Source of the DNA: Candidatus Sericytochromatia bacterium
GTDB taxonomy: Bacteria; Cyanobacteriota; Sericytochromatia; S15B-MN24; JAQBPE01
DNA: 12,517 nucleotides
Assembly (NCBI GenBank): GCA_040400605.1
Contig: JBBAPZ010000039.1
Location: 1-12,517, forward strand
Reading direction: 5' to 3'
Part shown: one piece after another, positions 7,441 to 12,517 of the stretch
Numbering within the stretch: the first letter of the stretch is position 1
Layout: every line of letters begins with the position of its first letter
Notes under the pieces: model-generated
What the model was told of the DNA's origin: nothing
The model's input: only the letters and a program-made list of their open reading frames with translations
Database searches by the model: none
Made by a program: the position numbers and the translations under genes

Positions 7441-10152
7441 ATGGTCACTAGGGGTAGATTTCTGATCGTCAGCAGCGGCGCTTTGGCGTTGTCGCTTCTC
7501 GCGTCACAAGCACACGCGCAGACGACAGCCGCAGACAAAGCGCAATCGGTCGAAGCAGCTGAAGGCGAGGAGATTGTCGTAACTGGCTTTCGAGGAAGCT
7601 TGGAGCGCTCGCTGGAAATTAAACGCAATGCGTCCGGCATTTCGGATGCGATTACGGCTGAGGATATTGGCAAATTCCCCGATCTTAATATTTCAGAATC
7701 TCTGCAGCGCATCCCAGGCGTGACATTAGATCGCACATCTACTGGTGAAGGGCGTGCAATCAATCTTCGCGGGCTCGGGCCTGAATTTACTCTGGTTGAA
7801 GTCAACGGTTTAACCGGCACGTCAAATGGCTCTGGCGGACGATTCGGCCTTGGTGGCGGTGGTAGAGAATTTAACTTTGAAATTCTGGCCTCAGAACTTT
7901 TCAGCGGGGCAGTAGTCAGCAAGACCAACCTACCCGAGTTGACTGAAGGCGGCCTTGCAGGAACCGTGGAACTTAACACTCCGCGTCCATTCGACCAGAA
8001 AGATGGCCTCAGTTTCGCAGGCTCAATCCTTGGAAATTACAGCGAGCTGGCTGATAAGGTAAATCCGCGCGGCTCAGCGCTGATAAGCTATAATGCAAAT
8101 GATATGTTTGGCATAACGGCATCGGTCGCGTTTGCGGATACCGACTTCACCTCTGATCTGATCAGCGCCGGTAGCTGGCGCGCTTTCTCAAACTATAACA
8201 CTGGCACGCGCGCGCCCGATAATGTCCGTGCAGCATTGACTCCTAACGTACCCGGTCTCGCAAGCTTTCGTGAAAGCCGCCAAACTTTTGGCTCCACTTT
8301 AACGGTACAGGCGCGGCCCAGCGATAAAGTGGAAATTACAGTAGATGGCGTCTACGGAAAGTTAGACGGTAATCTCCTTGCTAATCGCAATGATGCTGCG
8401 CTTGAGGGCGGCCTCGATAGTCCAACAAAGGTAGTGATCGAGAATGGGGTTATTACGAGTGCAGATTTCACCAAAGCTCAGCAGCGTGTAGGTACTAATT
8501 TCATCGATACAGATGAGGAATTTTATCAGGTTTCAGGCAGCCTGAAATGGCAGCCTGATGAAAATTGGACCATCACACCTCTGGTTGGTTATTCGAGTCG
8601 AAAAACTGACCGCACGTGGGATCTGTGGTCTTTCCGCTTAGCTGATGGCGCTGGCAATTTTGATCCCGGTACAGTCAGCTACAAATTGCGTGGTGACTTC
8701 CTTGATCTTAGTTCCACAACGACGGACTTTGCTTCCAACCCTCAGGCATTTTTGTTCAACGTGCTAGTTCGTCGACCAAATTCTGACAAAGACACCGAAT
8801 TTACCGCAAAGATCGATTTGATGCGTGAATTCGATAGCGCACTTTCAAATGTGAAATTTGGTGCCCGTTTCTCAGATCGCACAAAGGATCGTGCGTTGGC
8901 TCAGACCAGGATACAGCGTTCGGCTGGAGTCGCCACAACTGTCCCGCCCAGCTTGGGAAATATTTCCAACTTACTGGATTTCCAAGTCAGAGGTTCTAAG
9001 GCGCCAGGACAGACCTTGGTTGTAAATAGGGATGCTGCGATGGCAGCATTCTTCCCGAATGGTCAGCCTGTAAATGGTACCTTTAACCGGACAGCCTTCG
9101 CAGGGTCTGACGCATCGGCAACGTTTTCTATCAGTGAGAAAACTCTGGCCGCCTATGCCCAGGCAGAATTTGATTTGGGGGACCTTAACGTGGTCGGTGG
9201 ACTGCGTTACATTCGCACGGAGCAAAACTCCAGCGGGTTCAGCGTAGCCAATGTTTTCGCTGTGAATGAGCAAGTTACGCCGGTTTCCGTCGACAGCACT
9301 TATTCGTTCTTCCTTCCTGCGATGACCGCACGATGGGAAGTAGCTGCCGATGTTGTCCTGCGCGCAGGGTATTCACGCACCCTGACACGGCCTGATTTGG
9401 CGTCGCTAGCTCCGTCTGAATCATTCGGGGGGATCGACGCAAGTGGGGGCAGGGGCTCTGTTGGCAACCCTGACTTGCAACCATTTACGGCCGACAATAT
9501 CGATTTTGGTGCAGAATGGTATTTCAGTCGCGATGGCTTGATTGGCGCAAATGTCTTCCACAAGGCGATCAGCGGATTTATCGATACGACTAGTTTCGTG
9601 GAAAATCGCACGTTCCCGCGGCAGGCTGATGGTGTATTGGTCACCGGGCCAATAACATTCACACAACCAATTAACGGTGTTTCTGCCAAGATTACTGGTA
9701 TCGAATTTACAGCTCAGTCCAGGCTTGGCTTCATCGCTCCGGCGCTTGATAATTTTGGGTTTGTTGCCAACTATTCCTACACAAAGAGCTCGGCTGACTT
9801 CGGAGCAGTCGGAGATGTTCGTAGTCAAGGTCTGCCGGGTCTGTCGAAAAACAGCTACAACTTGACGGCATATTATGATGATGGCAGGTTTGACGCACGG
9901 TTCTCTTATGCTTGGCGCGATCGTTATTTGGCCCAGTTCAGTGATGATTTTGGCATACCGCGCTTCACGGATTCATTTGGGCAATTGGATTTCAGCAGCA
10001 ATTATAACATCAATGATAGTTTTTCAGTGCAGTTCCAGGCTCTGAACCTAACCAGAGCCCAAACTATCAATCAGTCTACCGGTGCCTACATCCCTTATGG
10101 GGTTTCCGAACTCGATCGTCGGTTCTTGTTTGGAGGGCGTGTTAAGTTCTGA
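7441..10152 (+). CDS. TonB-dependent outer-membrane receptor (carbohydrate-associated type)
   Basis: Signal peptide MVTRGRFLIVSSGALALSLLASQAHA|Q, TonB box EEIVVTG, plug motifs DAITAEDIGKFPDLNISESLQRIPGV and EGGLAGTVELNT, barrel motifs GNPDLQPFTADNIDFGAEWYF and LPGLSKNSYN, C-terminal Phe (RRFLFGGRVKF). Start moved from 7402 to ATG 7441 because of the GGGAG SD at 7430-7434 and the signal peptide geometry. Confidence 0.95.
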   Translation: MVTRGRFLIVSSGALALSLLASQAHAQTTAADKAQSVEAAEGEEIVVTGFRGSLERSLEIKRNASGISDAITAEDIGKFPDLNISESLQRIPGVTLDRTSTGEGRAINLRGLGPEFTLVEVNGLTGTSNGSGGRFGLGGGGREFNFEILASELFSGAVVSKTNLPELTEGGLAGTVELNTPRPFDQKDGLSFAGSILGNYSELADKVNPRGSALISYNANDMFGITASVAFADTDFTSDLISAGSWRAFSNYNTGTRAPDNVRAALTPNVPGLASFRESRQTFGSTLTVQARPSDKVEITVDGVYGKLDGNLLANRNDAALEGGLDSPTKVVIENGVITSADFTKAQQRVGTNFIDTDEEFYQVSGSLKWQPDENWTITPLVGYSSRKTDRTWDLWSFRLADGAGNFDPGTVSYKLRGDFLDLSSTTTDFASNPQAFLFNVLVRRPNSDKDTEFTAKIDLMREFDSALSNVKFGARFSDRTKDRALAQTRIQRSAGVATTVPPSLGNISNLLDFQVRGSKAPGQTLVVNRDAAMAAFFPNGQPVNGTFNRTAFAGSDASATFSISEKTLAAYAQAEFDLGDLNVVGGLRYIRTEQNSSGFSVANVFAVNEQVTPVSVDSTYSFFLPAMTARWEVAADVVLRAGYSRTLTRPDLASLAPSESFGGIDASGGRGSVGNPDLQPFTADNIDFGAEWYFSRDGLIGANVFHKAISGFIDTTSFVENRTFPRQADGVLVTGPITFTQPINGVSAKITGIEFTAQSRLGFIAPALDNFGFVANYSYTKSSADFGAVGDVRSQGLPGLSKNSYNLTAYYDDGRFDARFSYAWRDRYLAQFSDDFGIPRFTDSFGQLDFSSNYNINDSFSVQFQALNLTRAQTINQSTGAYIPYGVSELDRRFLFGGRVKF

Positions 10153-11705
10153 TGAAGCGGAACCGCTTAATCTTAGCTGCGGGGCTGGTGCTTGTCGCCA
10201 GCCCCGCTTGTGTTTCAATCAAACGTGACACTGAAGCGGCCAAACAACGGACCGACGTAGCAATTGAACTGGCTAATGGGCTCACCTACAGACGGGCTGA
10301 CCTTGCTGGTCATGGCGGTTCCACCAGATGGTGGATTTCCCTAGGAGTAGCGCGCAATCAAACCGAGACGGATGCGGCCGCTGGCTGCAGTTTGCCATTA
10401 GGCCTAGAGTCCCGACTGATCAATTTCGAGTTTCCGGGCAGCTCAGAAGGTCAGTATTCGGAGGTTGTAGCAGGCGATTTTTCAACCCGAGCGCAGGCCG
10501 AATCTTACCTGAATGGACGCCAATTGGGTCCAAAGTGCACCGCCCAAATCAAGGCATCGGGCCTGTATCCTTCCGACAAGTCACATCCCACCGTGATTCA
10601 CGTGCTGACTGTTGATCCAACCCAATTTCGTGGTGAATTGATTGCGGCACGCGGAGCACAGGGTCCCTCGGGTGTTTCAAGGCCCTCTGTCCTTATGCAA
10701 AGCAAGTCAGCAATTGCCGCGACGAACGGGGGCTTTTTCGTCATGGAAGACACCGACGGGATTGTCGGCGAGTCTACAGGCATCTCAGTTCTCAATGGCT
10801 CTTTGGAAAGCGAGGCAACCCGCGGCAGGCCATGGGTAGAGATAACCAATCGTCCGCGAACCAGAGTAAAAATCAGGCAAGGCGAGCCAAAACAAGGACC
10901 TGAACTGGTTGCTGCCGACGGACGGCGCATGCGGCTTGACGGAATAAATCGCAAGCCGGGGTTGCTGCGCAATTGCGGTGCTTTGCTCGACAAATCGTTT
11001 GACGCCCCCGTTCATGACGTGACCTGCAAGCCAGAGGATGAACTGATCGCTGTCACGCAAAATTCTGGGCTCCGTGATCACGCACAAACCGGACAGATCG
11101 CGTACGAGCTCAGGGCTGACGGCACGCTTCAGTTGTTGGGCGATCGGGTTCAGTCGGATCAGTCCAGTATACGGATTATTGCAAGCGGAAGGCGCCGCTC
11201 TGAACTTCAGTCATTCGCGCAGAAAGGCTTAACATTCAGACTTTCGCTCGGGGAATTTGAAGATTATCCACGCCCACCGAGCGTATTTGCTGTCAATGGC
11301 GGCCCGGCGCTGGTTTCTAAAGGTCGCCCTCTGCGGCGCGCAGATGTTCAAGGTTGGCCATTCTTTCGAGTGAACCGAGAGCAAGCCGGTGAGATCCACA
11401 AGTTTGTGGATTTGCGTGCGCCTCGTACTGCACTTGGTACAACGGCCTCCGGACAGATCATTCTAGTCGTGGTCGACGGCTGGCGTTACCGGACCGACAA
11501 GGGACCACAAATTCCAATGAATGGCGGTGCTACATTGGAGGAGTTAACGAATATCATGCTTCAGTTAGGTACGGTCGAAGCCATAAATCTTGATGGTGGT
11601 GGGTCAAGCGTTATGGCATTCCAAGGCGCCGTTGTAAGCAACCCCTCTGATGACCAAGGAGAACGTCCAGTTGGGGATAGTTTACTGTTAATGCCCGGTG
11701 GATAA
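10152..11705 (+). CDS. Exported phosphodiester glycosidase family protein (NAGPA/DUF2233), possible lipoprotein, with SPOR-like N-terminal region
   Basis: 517 aa with family motifs AATNGGFF, GGPALV, PRTALG, IILVVVDG, GATLEEL, AINLDGGGSS, NPSD..GERPVGDSL. N-terminal basic plus hydrophobic signal ending SPAC (Cys20). TGATG overlap with the receptor stop. Confidence 0.88.
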   Translation: MKRNRLILAAGLVLVASPACVSIKRDTEAAKQRTDVAIELANGLTYRRADLAGHGGSTRWWISLGVARNQTETDAAAGCSLPLGLESRLINFEFPGSSEGQYSEVVAGDFSTRAQAESYLNGRQLGPKCTAQIKASGLYPSDKSHPTVIHVLTVDPTQFRGELIAARGAQGPSGVSRPSVLMQSKSAIAATNGGFFVMEDTDGIVGESTGISVLNGSLESEATRGRPWVEITNRPRTRVKIRQGEPKQGPELVAADGRRMRLDGINRKPGLLRNCGALLDKSFDAPVHDVTCKPEDELIAVTQNSGLRDHAQTGQIAYELRADGTLQLLGDRVQSDQSSIRIIASGRRRSELQSFAQKGLTFRLSLGEFEDYPRPPSVFAVNGGPALVSKGRPLRRADVQGWPFFRVNREQAGEIHKFVDLRAPRTALGTTASGQIILVVVDGWRYRTDKGPQIPMNGGATLEELTNIMLQLGTVEAINLDGGGSSVMAFQGAVVSNPSDDQGERPVGDSLLLMPGG

Positions 11706-11723
11706 TGATTGCCAGGCTAATCC

Positions 11724-12482
11724 CTAAAGACCGTTTATCTCAGAAACGAAATCATAAGCGTCTCCCCGATACCAGCTTTTCGTGAATTCAACCATCTGTC
11801 CTCCCGAGTTGTAACCTCGTCGCTCGATATAAAGTGCAGCGCTACCCTCATCAACATCAAGTAATTTAGCCTGTTGTTTGTCCACAAGAACCGCTCTTAA
11901 TCTCTGAAGAGCTCGAACAGGGCGATGACCGGATTTGGCCAACGCGTCGTATAGCGAAGATTTAATCGCCATTTCGTTTGTCAAAGCAAATTCTGCTATC
12001 GCTGTAACTTCGATAGCCATTGGTTCAGTGTCTGCGCAACGTACCCGCCGGAATCGGTAAACCGTAGCCCCAAGACTTAACCCGAATGCGAGCGCTTCCT
12101 CGGTGCTTATACCTGACCTCTCCCGAACCAGCCATTGTGACGTTACTGTCCGACCCTTGGCCGCCATGTCTTCACTAAAGGAAGACAGCATTCCAAATTG
12201 CTTTTCGATGCGACCTGTGACGAAGGTCCCAGATCCTTGCTGTCTAACGAGCAGGCTTTCTTCGACAAGATTTGAGATTGCCTTCCGCACAGTGATGCGG
12301 GATATATCCAATCGTGATGAAATTTCACGCTCGGGCGGAAGCGTGTAGCGCGAAGGGAACGATCCTCGTTCGATCCCGGCTCTGATTGCATCTTGCAACT
12401 GCATATACAGTGGCGCCGCGACGCGTTGATCTAGTGATTGAACAACATCGAAAAAGTCAGTTTCATAGCTCTCACTCTTCAA
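11724..12482 (-). CDS. GntR-family (HutC/UTRA subfamily) transcriptional regulator, probable NagQ-type repressor of the locus
   Basis: 252 aa. Winged HTH PLYMQL..LPPEREI..ISRITVRKAI..LVRQQGSGTFV and UTRA domain (LSSFSEDM, SLYDAL, RALQRLRA, VEFTKSWYRGDAYDF). TTG start with AAGGA SD at 12492-12496 (minus strand). Confidence 0.93.
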   Translation of the reverse strand: MKSESYETDFFDVVQSLDQRVAAPLYMQLQDAIRAGIERGSFPSRYTLPPEREISSRLDISRITVRKAISNLVEESLLVRQQGSGTFVTGRIEKQFGMLSSFSEDMAAKGRTVTSQWLVRERSGISTEEALAFGLSLGATVYRFRRVRCADTEPMAIEVTAIAEFALTNEMAIKSSLYDALAKSGHRPVRALQRLRAVLVDKQQAKLLDVDEGSAALYIERRGYNSGGQMVEFTKSWYRGDAYDFVSEINGL

Positions 12483-12517
12483 GATCCAAATTCCTTAACG
12501 AGACACTTTGCGACGGC

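Noticed and set aside
7262..11723. 9-bp inverted repeat GGATTAGCC (7262-7270) / GGCTAATCC (11715-11723) flanking the TBDR-hydrolase pair
   Set aside because: Short, no transposase or target-site duplication, and near-identical words occur inside genes (~1320, ~10271), so chance is plausible.

Overview
A complete N-acetylglucosamine (GlcNAc) utilisation locus, probably alphaproteobacterial (Sphingomonadales/Caulobacterales-like; inferred from protein style only). A leftward operon holds a SIS-type GlcN-6-P deaminase (nagB-II), the GlcNAc-6-P deacetylase nagA and a dead pyruvate,phosphate dikinase (ppdK) remnant. A divergent rightward operon encodes a GlcNAc PTS: an EIIA-HPr-EI fusion (nagF) and an EIIC-B-B' permease (nagE). 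Next come a TonB-dependent receptor translationally coupled to an exported NAGPA/DUF2233 phosphodiester glycosidase, and a convergent GntR/UTRA regulator (NagQ-like). TGGT(A/T)(A/T)T repeats in both AT-rich intergenic regions look like its operators. The most interesting point is that the only candidate GlcNAc-releasing enzyme here is an 'uncovering-enzyme'-like protein with a SPOR-like N-terminus, not a chitinase or hexosaminidase. This suggests a system for scavenging GlcNAc from GlcNAc-1-phosphodiester linkages. No mobile elements, CRISPR arrays or RNA genes were recognised.
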